A stretch of DNA of 64,000 nucleotides from Candidatus Buchananbacteria bacterium (GCA_041664165.1 JBAYLH010000005.1:344-64343), one strand, 5' to 3'. Positions 53,185 through 63,111 are shown, counted from the stretch's first letter. Made by a program: numbers and translations. Notes: generated from the sequence alone by a model not told the origin.

Positions 53185-53509
53185 TTATCTTTCTAATTTT
53201 TTCCTTTACTTCCGGAATTTCAATCATCATTGATCGATTCTCCCTTTTTGGACTGATGTTAATCAGCGAAGAAAAAATAATCAAATCTTGCCGGGAGTTT
53301 TCCGGATAAAGATTTATCCCCCATAAATCATGCTGGTCCGAACCCGCTTGCAATAAAATCTCTTCCGCATCGGCATGCAGATCGCCGCCTAAAGCAAAAA
53401 TTTCTTTTTTGATGTCAACTACGGCTTTAACCATGTCACCATAGCTCTCCTCGGCTGCCTGCTTTACCTCTGACAAAGAAATTTTTTCCTTAATAATCTT
53501 AATTTCCAT
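53165..53509 (-). CDS. putative cognate partner (degenerate minimal-nucleotidyltransferase-like antitoxin, or a DUF)
   Basis: The GSDQHDL segment weakly resembles the MNT GS...D.D motif. Assignment is by pairing and overlap only. Confidence 0.2.
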   Translation of the reverse strand: MEIKIIKEKISLSEVKQAAEESYGDMVKAVVDIKKEIFALGGDLHADAEEILLQAGSDQHDLWGINLYPENSRQDLIIFSSLINISPKRENRSMMIEIPEVKEKIRKIIDNLVI

Positions 53510-53513
53510 AGAG

Positions 53514-54824
53514 TTATTTTTGTTTAAAACGCAAGACTTCCAAAGCCTTGTCTAGCTGTGGGTCTTTATCCGCGTCATAATCTTCTTTGGTCAATTTGAC
53601 TTCAATATTGGGTTTAGTGCCGGCTTCGTTGATATTTTTGCCGTTGGGCGTCAGCCATTCGGCAATGGTCAATTTCACGGCTGAACCATCCGGGAAATTC
53701 TTTAAGTCCTGAACCGAACCTTTGCCGAAAGTCGTTTCGCCGATCAAAGTCGCCACGCCGTAATCCTGCAAAGCGCCGGCCACAATTTCCGAACCGGAAG
53801 CGCTGCCTTTATTAACCAAGACCACGGTGGGAATGCCTTCAAACCGAGGCTGCCGATTGCCGCTGTGGGCGATTTTATCGCCGTTGCGCAAACGCTCAAA
53901 AACCACGGTTTTACCATTGATCCATTCGCCGGCCACTTCAATGGCCGTATTCAAATAGCCGCCCGGATTATTGCGCAAATCCAAAATTATGCCCTTAGGA
54001 TTGGCGGCTAAAACGTCCTGAACGGTTTTATTCCAGTCCGCCAAGGTATTTTCATTAAAGTAAAGTAATTCAATATCGGCAATATCCCCTGCTTTCAGTT
54101 CAAAGCTTTTGTCGGCCGCCGCCACGGTTTTACCGCTGCTGTCTTTGCGGGAAAATTTAACGCTGTCAATTTCAATTTTACCCCGAGTGATTTTTACTTC
54201 CCGCGGCTCTTTATCGCCGTTACTGACCACCGTTAAAGTTACGGCTGTCCCCTGTTCGCCCCGGATCAGGTTGACCGCGTAGTCAAGGGCGATACCGGCA
54301 GTATCTTTGCCATCAATAGCCAAAACCTTATCACCGGCTTTTAAACCGGCTTTATCGGCCGGCGTGCCTGGCAGCGGCGCGATGATTGTCAGTTGGTTGT
54401 CTTTTAAACCGATTTCCGCGCCAATCCCCTCAAAACTGCCGGACAGCTCCTGTTCGAATTTTTTTGAAATTTCGGGGTCTAAAAACACCGAGTACGGATC
54501 TTTAAGCGAGGCCACGATTCCGGCTAGCGCGCCATAAAACATCTGGGATTCGGAAACATCGGCTTTGACATAATTATTTTTGACATAACTCCAAATTTGC
54601 CAAAATTCCTGAAAGTCGACATCTTTGCTTAGATATTCCGGCGCGGGCTGCTCCGTATTTAAAACTTTACCTTTGGCTGAATTAGCTTGTTTAATTTCCG
54701 GTAAACGACCAAAAATAAAACCAGCTCCGAAAATCAAGCCAACCAAAATAATTAGAGAATAAATTTTCAGAATTGCGCTAAATGATTTTTTTCGCGGTTT
54801 TTCGGGATTTAAGATTGATGGCAT
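53514..54824 (-). CDS. ctpA: S41-family C-terminal processing (tail-specific) peptidase
   Basis: N-terminal TM segment, PDZ domain (GLKAGDKVLAIDG), and S41 catalytic region (VVLVNKGSASGSEIVAGALQD ... TFGKGSVQ). Confidence 0.85.
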   Translation of the reverse strand: MPSILNPEKPRKKSFSAILKIYSLIILVGLIFGAGFIFGRLPEIKQANSAKGKVLNTEQPAPEYLSKDVDFQEFWQIWSYVKNNYVKADVSESQMFYGALAGIVASLKDPYSVFLDPEISKKFEQELSGSFEGIGAEIGLKDNQLTIIAPLPGTPADKAGLKAGDKVLAIDGKDTAGIALDYAVNLIRGEQGTAVTLTVVSNGDKEPREVKITRGKIEIDSVKFSRKDSSGKTVAAADKSFELKAGDIADIELLYFNENTLADWNKTVQDVLAANPKGIILDLRNNPGGYLNTAIEVAGEWINGKTVVFERLRNGDKIAHSGNRQPRFEGIPTVVLVNKGSASGSEIVAGALQDYGVATLIGETTFGKGSVQDLKNFPDGSAVKLTIAEWLTPNGKNINEAGTKPNIEVKLTKEDYDADKDPQLDKALEVLRFKQK

Positions 54825-54841
54825 TTATTTTTATTTAAAAA

Positions 54842-56146
54842 TTAATCAATTTTTTCAATTTTCGCCCCGACTTCGCTCAAACGGCTGCATAAATCTTGGT
54901 AGCCTCTTTCAATCGAATAAATATTTCGCAGGATTGATTTGCCCGAAGCCGCCAGCATGGCAACTAAAATTATCGTTGACGGCCGCAACGCCGGCGGACA
55001 CATGACTTCAGCCGCTTTCAATTTTGTCGGGCCGGTAACGTAAGCCCGGTGAGGATCAGCCAATTCAATGTTAGCGCCCAGCCGATTTAACTCGGTATAA
55101 TAAATCGCCCGATTTTCATAGACCCAGTCAAAAATCAAAGTCCGCCCTTTGGCTTGAGTCGCAATGGGGACAAAAAACGGCAAGTTATCGATATTTAAGC
55201 CAGGATACGGCCGGGCGTAAATTTTTTCTTCCAGGGCGACTAATTTTGACGGCAGAGTTTTAATGTCAACTAGCAAAGTTTTGCCATTTTTAGCTTTATA
55301 GATTTTTGAAACACTGAACTTAAACCCCATTCTTTTTAGTTTAAGCAATTCCAGCTGTAAAAATTCAATCGGGCAGCGTTTAATAGTTAAAGCGGAATTA
55401 GTCGTGGCGGCAATGGCCAAGAAAAGCATTGACTCAATCGGATCTTCGCTCAAATAATAAGTTACATTTTTATTGATATTTTTCTGGCCGCTGATTTCTA
55501 GTGTTGAATTGCCGATGCCGGTTACTTTGACGCCCAATTTCTGTAAAAAGTAGCAAAGATCCTGAACCTGATAATTGGCCGAGGCAAAATTAATTTTGGT
55601 TTTACCCGGAATTTTGGCGGCGGCTAGCATCGCATTTTCCGTGACGGTATCGCCTGATTCATATAAAACAAATTCGCCGCCGGCCTTTAACTTTGCCGCG
55701 CTGACTTTGTAATATTTAGCCAGGGTATCAATTTTAATGCCAAAATTTTCCAAAGCGTCTAAATGAGGCCGGACGGTCCTTTTGCCGAGCCGGCAACCGC
55801 CCGGCTGCGGCACTAAAAAAGTCTTTTGCCAATTCGGCATGATTGCCAATAAAAACAAAACGCTTCTGGTCTTAACCGCTGACTCATAATTAATTTTTGC
55901 CAAATCTATTTTTTTCGGCGGAATAATGACAATATTTTTACCGGCTTGCCATTTGACAGCCACGCCGATACTCTGTAATACTTCAATAATCCGATTAACC
56001 TCTTCGATTTTTGGCACATTCATTAGCGTTGTTTTGCCTTTGTTCAGCAAAGCGGCAAAAAGCAAAACCACGGCGGCATTTTTGGAAGTATTAGTTGTTA
56101 AGACTCCCTGAAGTTTTTTACCGCCGGTGATTAGATAATTTGGCAT
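54842..56146 (-). CDS. murA: UDP-N-acetylglucosamine 1-carboxyvinyltransferase (MurA)
   Basis: EPT fold with a MurA-type catalytic Cys loop (CRLGKRTVRPHLDAL) and LITGGKKLQG N-terminus. Confidence 0.8.
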   Translation of the reverse strand: MPNYLITGGKKLQGVLTTNTSKNAAVVLLFAALLNKGKTTLMNVPKIEEVNRIIEVLQSIGVAVKWQAGKNIVIIPPKKIDLAKINYESAVKTRSVLFLLAIMPNWQKTFLVPQPGGCRLGKRTVRPHLDALENFGIKIDTLAKYYKVSAAKLKAGGEFVLYESGDTVTENAMLAAAKIPGKTKINFASANYQVQDLCYFLQKLGVKVTGIGNSTLEISGQKNINKNVTYYLSEDPIESMLFLAIAATTNSALTIKRCPIEFLQLELLKLKRMGFKFSVSKIYKAKNGKTLLVDIKTLPSKLVALEEKIYARPYPGLNIDNLPFFVPIATQAKGRTLIFDWVYENRAIYYTELNRLGANIELADPHRAYVTGPTKLKAAEVMCPPALRPSTIILVAMLAASGKSILRNIYSIERGYQDLCSRLSEVGAKIEKID

Positions 56147-56238
56147 ATTTGAGTAGAAATAAAATTAAAAATCTGGTAAGATTTAATTAGGTTTACTTCC
56201 CAATTTTACAATTTTTTAAGCCTTTTTACAAGTGCCTT

Positions 56239-57615
56239 ATGAATTTACGCTATCGCCGATTAATTTATCTTTCCTTTTTTGCCATCTTTTTTATTGTCAC
56301 GCCAATCGCCATCCTTTACACGACCGGCTATCGTTATAATTTTAAAAAGCATAAAATCGAAAAAACCGGCATTTTATACGTCGATTCAAAACCCAAGGGA
56401 GCTTTGGTTTATCTTAATGATCAATATGTGAATAAAACTCCGAGCCGGTTTACCGAACTACTCCCGGATGTCTATCGAGTCCGAGTCGAAAAAGAAGGTT
56501 ATTACCCCTGGCAAAAAAATTTGGAAGTCAAAAGCAATTTAACGACTTTCAGCAAAAACATCATCTTGTTTAAAAAAAGTCTGCCAACAAACATCATCGT
56601 CGGAAAAATTAACATTTTTAATATTTCGCCGTCGCAGGATAAATTATTTTATTCAACTATAGACAAAAATAATGAGGAGTTAAAAATTTATAATTTAAAT
56701 AATAAAACTGAATTTCTAATCAAATCTTTGGACAAAAAAACCTACAGCCAGATTGAGCTGGTCGGTTGGGCGCCCGACAGCAATAAAGCGTTGCTTAAAG
56801 AAACAATCGGCGACTTTAATAAATTTATCATTACCGACGTTGATAATCTTAAAACCAAAGAGTTGTTTGATATTACCAAACTGAATTTTGACAAAGTTAT
56901 CTGGGATGAAACCAATGAAAATTATCTGTACGGCTTGAGAAAAACCGCTTTATACCAAATCGATTTAGTAAATAACTCGGCCAAAAATATTATGGCCGGC
57001 AATATTTCCGATTTCAAGGCTTCGGGCAAGAATATTTACTACATTACCAAATTGGGAAAAGAATCATTTTTGAATAAAGCAACTTTATTGGAACAAAAAT
57101 TCACGTTCGACAGTAAAATTAAACTGCCGGCTTTTTCGTCATTTACTCTTCAGCCTTCAAGCCAAGACTATTTAGTTTTGCTTGATCCAAAAAACCAAAA
57201 TTTATTTATTATTACTCCCAACGCTTTTACCACTGATGAAGATATAAATAATGACATAGTTTTACAGGACAAAGCAAAAAAAATTATCTGGTCTAAAGAC
57301 TACAAGACTTTGCTTTGTTACACTGACTTGGAAATTTGGACTTTTGACCTAACCACTTTTCAAAAAAATTTAATCACTCGCTACGGCAAACCGATTGATC
57401 AGTTGCTTTGGTATCCGGACAATAAATACGCCATTTACCAGACTCAAAACACAATTCATGCCATTGAAGCCGATTATTTAGAAGCTAAAAATGATACCCA
57501 GCTGGCTGAAATGCCGCAACTGGGCTTGATTATCGTTGACGAAGCCGGCAAAAATCTTTTCTTTGTCGGTCAAGCCGGAACGGTTGAAGGAATTTACCAG
57601 CTCGAAATCCTTTAA
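56239..57615 (+). CDS. PEGA-domain membrane-anchored protein with a C-terminal beta-rich (propeller-like) region
   Basis: N-terminal TM segment, then ILYVDSKPKGALVYLNDQYVNKTP ... YRVRVEKEGY, which is the PEGA pattern. Confidence 0.55.
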   Translation: MNLRYRRLIYLSFFAIFFIVTPIAILYTTGYRYNFKKHKIEKTGILYVDSKPKGALVYLNDQYVNKTPSRFTELLPDVYRVRVEKEGYYPWQKNLEVKSNLTTFSKNIILFKKSLPTNIIVGKINIFNISPSQDKLFYSTIDKNNEELKIYNLNNKTEFLIKSLDKKTYSQIELVGWAPDSNKALLKETIGDFNKFIITDVDNLKTKELFDITKLNFDKVIWDETNENYLYGLRKTALYQIDLVNNSAKNIMAGNISDFKASGKNIYYITKLGKESFLNKATLLEQKFTFDSKIKLPAFSSFTLQPSSQDYLVLLDPKNQNLFIITPNAFTTDEDINNDIVLQDKAKKIIWSKDYKTLLCYTDLEIWTFDLTTFQKNLITRYGKPIDQLLWYPDNKYAIYQTQNTIHAIEADYLEAKNDTQLAEMPQLGLIIVDEAGKNLFFVGQAGTVEGIYQLEIL

Positions 57616-57642
57616 AAAAATTACACAATTTAAACTTCCTCC

Positions 57643-57671
57643 CCCCAGCTAAACCGCTGGGGTTTAGTTTT
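57643..57671 (+). terminator. terminator of the PEGA-domain gene
   Basis: ccccagc taaacc gctgggg followed by tttagtttt. Confidence 0.55.
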
Positions 57672-57689
57672 AGCTGCTGATAATTTAAA

Positions 57690-57900
57690 TCACTTTAGAT
57701 GTTCCGTGGGTGGGGGCTTGGGGGCAACATTAAGCCCCCGGCGAAACAGAATTAGTTAAATTGGCGAATCAGGCGCATTGTTGCCCCCAAAACTTTTGGT
57801 TACAAAAGTAACCCCGGCCGGAGGCTAAAAACATCACTAGGATAATTAAATGCTTAATCGACCTAGGTGATGGGAAGAGAGATATAGTTTTTAGAACTTA
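57690..57900. other. GC-rich cluster of nested hairpins; candidate structured ncRNA of unknown family
   Basis: A 12-bp stem, ttgggggcaaca ... tgttgcccccaa, encloses about 50 nt. Also present: gggggc aacattaa gccccc, ggttac aaaa gtaacc, and catcactagg ... cctaggtgatg. The ~200-nt region has GC far above the surrounding intergenic DNA. Confidence 0.3.
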
Positions 57901-57904
57901 AAAT

Positions 57905-57940
57905 TTGTAATACTAAAAGGCCAGGCGTCAGAGCCTGGCC
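57905..57940 (-). terminator. rmlA terminator
   Basis: Minus strand: ggccaggc tctgac gcctggcc followed by ttttag. Confidence 0.6.
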
Positions 57941-57971
57941 TTGGTAATACTATTTTGATTTGCTAATTTAA

Positions 57972-58697
57972 TTAACTCTTAACCAATTTCTGAGTTTCAA
58001 TATTGGCATTCATCAAATCATCAAAATCACCGGCATCAAGCCATTTGCCGGAAAGTTTGCTTGCTTTCAAGGTCTTGCGCTTTAAATATTCCCGGTTGAC
58101 TTCGGTAATTTCCGTTTCACCCCGAGCCGAAGGCTTTAAGGTTTTAATAATTTCAAAAACGCTTGGCGTATACATATAAATGCCGATGGAAATTAAATTG
58201 CTCGGCGGATCTTTCGGTTTTTCAATTAAATCCGTCACTTCGTCACCGGCTAAAACCGCCACGCCGGATTTTTTCGCTTCTTCAATAGTTCCTTCGTAAA
58301 GCAGGATTCTGGCTTCTTCTTTACCCTTGGCAAATTCTTTGGCGAAAGTCGATAACGATTCAAAAATAATATTATCGCCGTTAATTGAAATAAATTTATC
58401 ATCACCAATAAAACCTTCGGCCAGCGAAATGGCACTAGGAATACCACCAGCCATATCCTGGACCCGATAGGTAAATTCAACCCCGTAATCCTTACCGCTG
58501 CCTAGAAGGCTAAAAATGGCCCCGGCGTGATGTGTGCCCGTAACCACCATAATCTTTTCAATCCCAGCACTTTTTAAGGCTTCCAAGGGATAATAAATCA
58601 TCGGTTTGTTATAAACCGGCAATAAATGCTTATTAGTAACTTTGGTTAAAGGCGACAACCGCGAACCAGTGCCACCGGCTAAAATTATACCTTTCAT
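57972..58697 (-). CDS. rmlA: glucose-1-phosphate thymidylyltransferase-like sugar nucleotidyltransferase (short RmlA type)
   Basis: GIILAGGTGSRLSPLT signature. It clusters with rmlB, rmlC and rmlD. Confidence 0.8.
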   Translation of the reverse strand: MKGIILAGGTGSRLSPLTKVTNKHLLPVYNKPMIYYPLEALKSAGIEKIMVVTGTHHAGAIFSLLGSGKDYGVEFTYRVQDMAGGIPSAISLAEGFIGDDKFISINGDNIIFESLSTFAKEFAKGKEEARILLYEGTIEEAKKSGVAVLAGDEVTDLIEKPKDPPSNLISIGIYMYTPSVFEIIKTLKPSARGETEITEVNREYLKRKTLKASKLSGKWLDAGDFDDLMNANIETQKLVKS

Positions 58698-58769
58698 AAG
58701 GTTAGCTTATAGGTTAGTAGCTTATAGCTGATAGGGATAGCTAAGCTTAAATAATAAAATTAGATAAAA

Positions 58770-58860
58770 AAATTTTTCACCTGGCTACCGACAAAACAGG
58801 TAGGTGAAAAATCCAGGTTTGACACGGATTAACCCTGGATGCCGGCTCGCTGGCCGGCAT
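58770..58860 (-). terminator. three consecutive hairpins downstream of rmlD (tandem terminators)
   Basis: gccggc tcgctg gccggc; then atccagg..cctggat followed by tttt on the minus strand; then cacctacc..ggtagccaggtg followed by aaaaattttttt. Confidence 0.45.
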
Positions 58861-58891
58861 GACAAGTAAAATACTTCTAAAAGCCAAACGG

Positions 58892-59734
58892 CTAAAAGCT
58901 ACCAGCTAGATACTCTCTCAACGCTTCTTCCCAGCTTTGCAATGGTTCGGTCTTAGTATTATTCAAAGCAGCAAACTGTGGCCGCTTGGCCGGCTGGGGA
59001 AATTCCGTTGAGCTGCAGGGCACGACTTTAGTTTTCAAACCTCTTAACTCAACTGCCTTTTTGGCAAAATCATACCAAGTGATGCCGCCGGGTTTAGTTG
59101 AATTAGTAAAATGATAAATGCCACAAGGTAATTGCTGGTCAATAATTTCTCTGGTTTTTTTTGCCAAATCTTTGGCATAAGTCGGCCGGCCAAAATGGTC
59201 ATTCACCACTTTTAACTTACGCTCCTTTTCGGCTTTTGTCAAAATCCGATTAACAAAATTTTTCGGCCCGAATTCGCCGAAAAGCCAGGACGAACGGATT
59301 AAATAGTACATTTCGCCGTTTTGCTGTAAAAGCCTTTCGCCTAAAAGTTTTGACCGGCCGTAAGCGCTGATCGGATTAGGCAAATCAGTTTCGTTATAGC
59401 CTTCTTTTTTTGAGCCGTCAAAAACATAATCCGTACCGTAATGGACTAAAACTGCGCCAAGTTCTTTGGCGGCTTTGGCTAAATAACCAATAGCCAAACC
59501 ATTGATTGAATTGGCTAACTCTATATTTTTTTCGGCGCAATCAACGTCGGTATAAGCCGCGGCGTTGATGATTAAAGTCGGTTTCAAGGCAGTTAATTTT
59601 TCCTTGACTTGCATTTCATCGGTAATATCCAAATCAGCCCTGTCCCACAAAACCGGATTTTTATCGGCAAAAGCTTGAGCCAGTTGCTGGCCTAACATGC
59701 CTTTAGCGCCTAAAATTAAGATTTTTTGTTCCAT
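58892..59734 (-). CDS. rmlD: dTDP-4-dehydrorhamnose reductase (RmlD)
   Basis: ILILGAKGMLG Rossmann start; RmlD length and layout. Confidence 0.85.
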   Translation of the reverse strand: MEQKILILGAKGMLGQQLAQAFADKNPVLWDRADLDITDEMQVKEKLTALKPTLIINAAAYTDVDCAEKNIELANSINGLAIGYLAKAAKELGAVLVHYGTDYVFDGSKKEGYNETDLPNPISAYGRSKLLGERLLQQNGEMYYLIRSSWLFGEFGPKNFVNRILTKAEKERKLKVVNDHFGRPTYAKDLAKKTREIIDQQLPCGIYHFTNSTKPGGITWYDFAKKAVELRGLKTKVVPCSSTEFPQPAKRPQFAALNNTKTEPLQSWEEALREYLAGSF

Positions 59735-60408
59735 TGTTTTGCTAAAAGTTTAGCCAAATATTTTCTAAATTTAAGCTGCTCGGGAATCGGATTTGTCAAT
59801 TCTAAATTAATATAGCGGGAAAAATAAAATTTAGGAATATTAGCGACATACGCCAAATCAGAAGCTTTACTGGCGCGATGCCAGCTTTTGCCGCCGGGTA
59901 AAACCGCGCTTAAATGATTGCAGCCGACTTTGTAAGTCCTGGCTGCCCGCTCCGAAATTTCATAATAATTTTTGGCCGTTAAACGAAATTCTTCTAAGTG
60001 CGCTAAATCAATGCAAGCGCCGCCGGCTTGGCCTAAAACCTTCAAATCTTTAATCCGATGCTGGCCGTTATTATTTTCAATAAAAATCTTTTTCCGATGT
60101 TTTGACTTGGCGAAACTTTTAAAATATTGACAATGCGTGGTAAAAACTTTGGATTTAAAAGTCTTAACCAAAAAATCAAGCTCTGCTTCCCTAAAATCAT
60201 GGCGGATATGGACATGGGGAATTCTTTTGACTTTGGTTTTTTGCAGCGCCTGATAAATTCCTTGTCTTTCGCGAAAGCCAGCCTTTGTCAAAAACAAAGA
60301 AATATCTTCCAGTCCCAGCCGGTCGACAGCTTTAACCATTAACCGCCAGTCGGCATAACAAGTCACCACTGAAGGATAAATTCGTTTTAAAATTTCTTTT
60401 TCAGTCAT
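59716..60408 (-). CDS. hypothetical protein inside the rml cluster
   Basis: No family recognised. It overlaps rmlD by 19 nt. Confidence 0.3.
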   Translation of the reverse strand: MTEKEILKRIYPSVVTCYADWRLMVKAVDRLGLEDISLFLTKAGFRERQGIYQALQKTKVKRIPHVHIRHDFREAELDFLVKTFKSKVFTTHCQYFKSFAKSKHRKKIFIENNNGQHRIKDLKVLGQAGGACIDLAHLEEFRLTAKNYYEISERAARTYKVGCNHLSAVLPGGKSWHRASKASDLAYVANIPKFYFSRYINLELTNPIPEQLKFRKYLAKLLAKQWNKKS

Positions 60409-60537
60409 CAGTTACTTTTTCCCTCATACCCGGTAGTGATCCCTCACTTTAATTAGAAAAAACTATCGGCCGAAATTTCTTAATTTTAATAATAAATTAT
60501 CGATTCACTTTTAAAAATTATGAAAAGTGAGGGACTA

Positions 60538-61548
60538 CTACCGGGTGTACTGCTTTTGATAATACTCTTGATATTGGCCGGATTTTACTTTCTGCCACCA
60601 GTCTTGATTTTGCTCGTACCATTTTACTGTTGCCTCAAGCCAATCTTCAAAATTATGCTCGGGTTTGTAACCCAGCTCCTTTTTCGCTTTTGACCAGTCA
60701 ATCGCATAACGGCGGTCATGACCCGGCCGGTCTTTGACAAACTCAATCGCGGCTTCGGTTTTACCTAAAATTTTGATGATTCTTTTGGCCACTTCCAAAT
60801 TACTGACATCATCGGCCATCCCGCCCAGACAATAAGTCTCACCGATTTTTCCCTTCTCTAAAATCAAATCAATCCCCCGGCAGTGGTCGGTAACATAAAT
60901 CCAGTCGCGAATATTTAAGCCGTCGCCATAGACTGGAATTTTTTTGCCTTCAATCAGGTTAGTGACGGCTAAAGGAATAAACTTTTCCGGAAATTGATAC
61001 GGCCCGAAATTATTGGAACAATTTGAAATCGTAATTGGCAGTTGATAGGTATGGAAATAAGAACGAACCAAATGGTCAGAAGCCGCCTTGGAAGCCGAAT
61101 AAGGGTTGGAAGGATTATAAATGGTATTTTCGTTAAATTTTGCTTTGGACTTTAAATCCAAAGAACCGAAAACTTCATCGGTTGAGACGTGATGAAATCT
61201 TTTGTTAAATTCTTTGGCTGCCTCTAAAAGTATCTGGGTACCCAAAACATTTGTTTTGACAAATTCACCTGAGTCAAGAATTGACCGGTCAACGTGGGAT
61301 TCGGCGGCAAAATGGACAATCAAATCACAATCCTTAACCAAGTCTCGGACTAATTCGGGGTTACAAATATCCCCCAAAACAAACCGATAATTAGGGTTAG
61401 CTTCAATTGCTTTGAGATTTTCTAAATTGCCGGCGTAGGTTAATTTATCTAGATTGGTAATTTCATCGCTCCCATGAGCTTTGAGCCAATAATGGATAAA
61501 ATTGGAACCAATAAACCCGGCACCACCTGTTACCAATATTTTACTCAT
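60538..61548 (-). CDS. rmlB: dTDP-glucose 4,6-dehydratase (RmlB)
   Basis: ILVTGGAGFIGSNF, a catalytic YSASKA region, and the extended-SDR fold. Confidence 0.9.
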   Translation of the reverse strand: MSKILVTGGAGFIGSNFIHYWLKAHGSDEITNLDKLTYAGNLENLKAIEANPNYRFVLGDICNPELVRDLVKDCDLIVHFAAESHVDRSILDSGEFVKTNVLGTQILLEAAKEFNKRFHHVSTDEVFGSLDLKSKAKFNENTIYNPSNPYSASKAASDHLVRSYFHTYQLPITISNCSNNFGPYQFPEKFIPLAVTNLIEGKKIPVYGDGLNIRDWIYVTDHCRGIDLILEKGKIGETYCLGGMADDVSNLEVAKRIIKILGKTEAAIEFVKDRPGHDRRYAIDWSKAKKELGYKPEHNFEDWLEATVKWYEQNQDWWQKVKSGQYQEYYQKQYTR

Positions 61549-61614
61549 ATAATAATTTTAAAGTAGTAAAAAATAATTAGCTAATAATCATTCATTAATC
61601 CAACAAGTGTGCGG

Positions 61615-61650
61615 GTAAACCCGGCACCACCTGTTACCAATATTTTACTC
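61615..61650. repeat. 36-bp direct duplicate of the rmlB start region (aaacccggcaccacctgttaccaatattttactcat), a second copy of 61513-61548
   Basis: Exact repeat visible in the sequence. The copy would encode MSKILVTGGAGF followed by unrelated residues and a stop. Confidence 0.8.
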
Positions 61651-61665
61651 ATAAACAAAAAGGTG

Positions 61666-62088
61666 TTAGGTATTAGGTATTAGGTATTTTTTAATTTTTT
61701 CAGCAACCGCTTCGCCTTCACCGGCTCCGTATTTCCGCTGCGGCCAAAGCTTTAAACCGTCGCCTTCTGACCGGGGAACCAGATGAAAATGAAGATGAGG
61801 AATGATTTGACCGGCGACCGGATCATTATTAACGCTTAAATTATAGCCAGCCGTGCCTAAACCGGTTTTAATAGCTAAACCGACTTTTTTAACCGCTTTG
61901 ATTAATTCGCAAAGTTCGGCTTCGTTAATTTCTTCCAAATTAGCGTAGTGTTTTTTTGAAACCACTAAAACATGGCCGGGACTAACCGGATTAATATCCA
62001 AAAAAGCAAAAGCGCAGTCATTTTCATAAATTTTAAAACTCGGAATCTCACCGGCAATAATTTTGCAAAAGATACAATTGTCAACCAT
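61666..62088 (-). CDS. HIT-family (histidine triad) nucleotide hydrolase
   Basis: HLHFHLV histidine triad. Confidence 0.85.
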   Translation of the reverse strand: MVDNCIFCKIIAGEIPSFKIYENDCAFAFLDINPVSPGHVLVVSKKHYANLEEINEAELCELIKAVKKVGLAIKTGLGTAGYNLSVNNDPVAGQIIPHLHFHLVPRSEGDGLKLWPQRKYGAGEGEAVAEKIKKYLIPNT

Positions 62089-62092
62089 ATAA

Positions 62093-62416
62093 TTATTTTT
62101 TACTACTGACTAAAAAATATTTTTTATCAAAGCTGCCGCGTTTTTGATTCTTTTGCTTCCGATAAGTTTCAACTTCCGACCATTTTATCTTAAAAATCTT
62201 GGCAATATTTAACAAAACTTCATAGACGTCGGCAATTTTATTTTTTATTTCGGCCAAAGGCGCCCGCTCCACCTCTTTGGCTTCCTCAACTAATTTCCTT
62301 TTTAATTCATTTTTAAACTTTGACTGGCTGCAAGTATAATATTCCGGAACTTCGCCGTCGTCTTCGCAAATTTGAAGAATTTTATCCCGCACCAGCTTGT
62401 TATAAATTTTTTTCAT
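62093..62416 (-). CDS. small all-alpha NTP pyrophosphohydrolase-like (MazG/HisE-like) protein
   Basis: KLVRDKI ... E..E..KL.EEA.E helical pattern. Confidence 0.3.
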   Translation of the reverse strand: MKKIYNKLVRDKILQICEDDGEVPEYYTCSQSKFKNELKRKLVEEAKEVERAPLAEIKNKIADVYEVLLNIAKIFKIKWSEVETYRKQKNQKRGSFDKKYFLVSSKK

Positions 62417-62419
62417 AAA

Positions 62420-62896
62420 TTATCCTCCAGTAGCCACCTCTTTTGGCCAGACATAGGGCACTTCCGGCGAATTCCAGGCGACCCGGTATTCGTCCGGTTT
62501 TTCATAATTATATTTTTCCGTCGGGATATTAATAATTCTGGCTTCTTCGCAATCAGTTGCCGTAAAGCCGTGAAAAACTCCGACGGGAATTTTAAGCAAA
62601 ATTTGGCTGCCAGCCGTTTCCGGTTCGCTCAAAATAAATTCCTGGACTTCACCTTTAGTCTTTGAATTTTCCCGCGCATCATACAAAACCACCAAGGCCT
62701 TGCCGCCCACGCAGATAAAATGGTCGGTTTGAATTTTATGGTAATGCCAGCCTTTGGCCACGCCGCGTTTGACACCGGTCATATAAATTTGCCCGAATTT
62801 ATCAAAAACCTCGTCATCAGACCGCAGCATTTCCATTAAAAATCCCCTGTCATCGGGAATCACTTTTAATTTTTTGACAATTACGCCTTCAATCAT
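62420..62896 (-). CDS. rmlC: dTDP-4-dehydrorhamnose 3,5-epimerase-like cupin (RmlC)
   Basis: DDRGFLMEM ... WHYHK ... cupin motifs. It sits in the rml cluster. Confidence 0.75.
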   Translation of the reverse strand: MIEGVIVKKLKVIPDDRGFLMEMLRSDDEVFDKFGQIYMTGVKRGVAKGWHYHKIQTDHFICVGGKALVVLYDARENSKTKGEVQEFILSEPETAGSQILLKIPVGVFHGFTATDCEEARIINIPTEKYNYEKPDEYRVAWNSPEVPYVWPKEVATGG

Positions 62897-62904
62897 AAAA
62901 AAAA

Positions 62905-63111
62905 TTAATCGTTAGTATTAGCTATTATACCCGAAATCAGCGCTAAAATCAAGAGCCAAATCGGACTAAACCAATTAGTAATAAAGCCGGGCAAAAAATA
63001 ATCAATGGCATAAAAAATTACAAAAGCCATAAAGGCAATCTCAAAAATTTCCTGAACAATTTCGACCCAAAGCCGGGTTTTTCTTTTAAAAAAGTTTAAT
63101 TTAATTTTCAT
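62905..63111 (-). CDS. small two-TM membrane protein
   Basis: 68 aa, hydrophobic. Its start lies 3 nt inside the stop region of the upstream gene. Confidence 0.3.
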   Translation of the reverse strand: MKIKLNFFKRKTRLWVEIVQEIFEIAFMAFVIFYAIDYFLPGFITNWFSPIWLLILALISGIIANTND

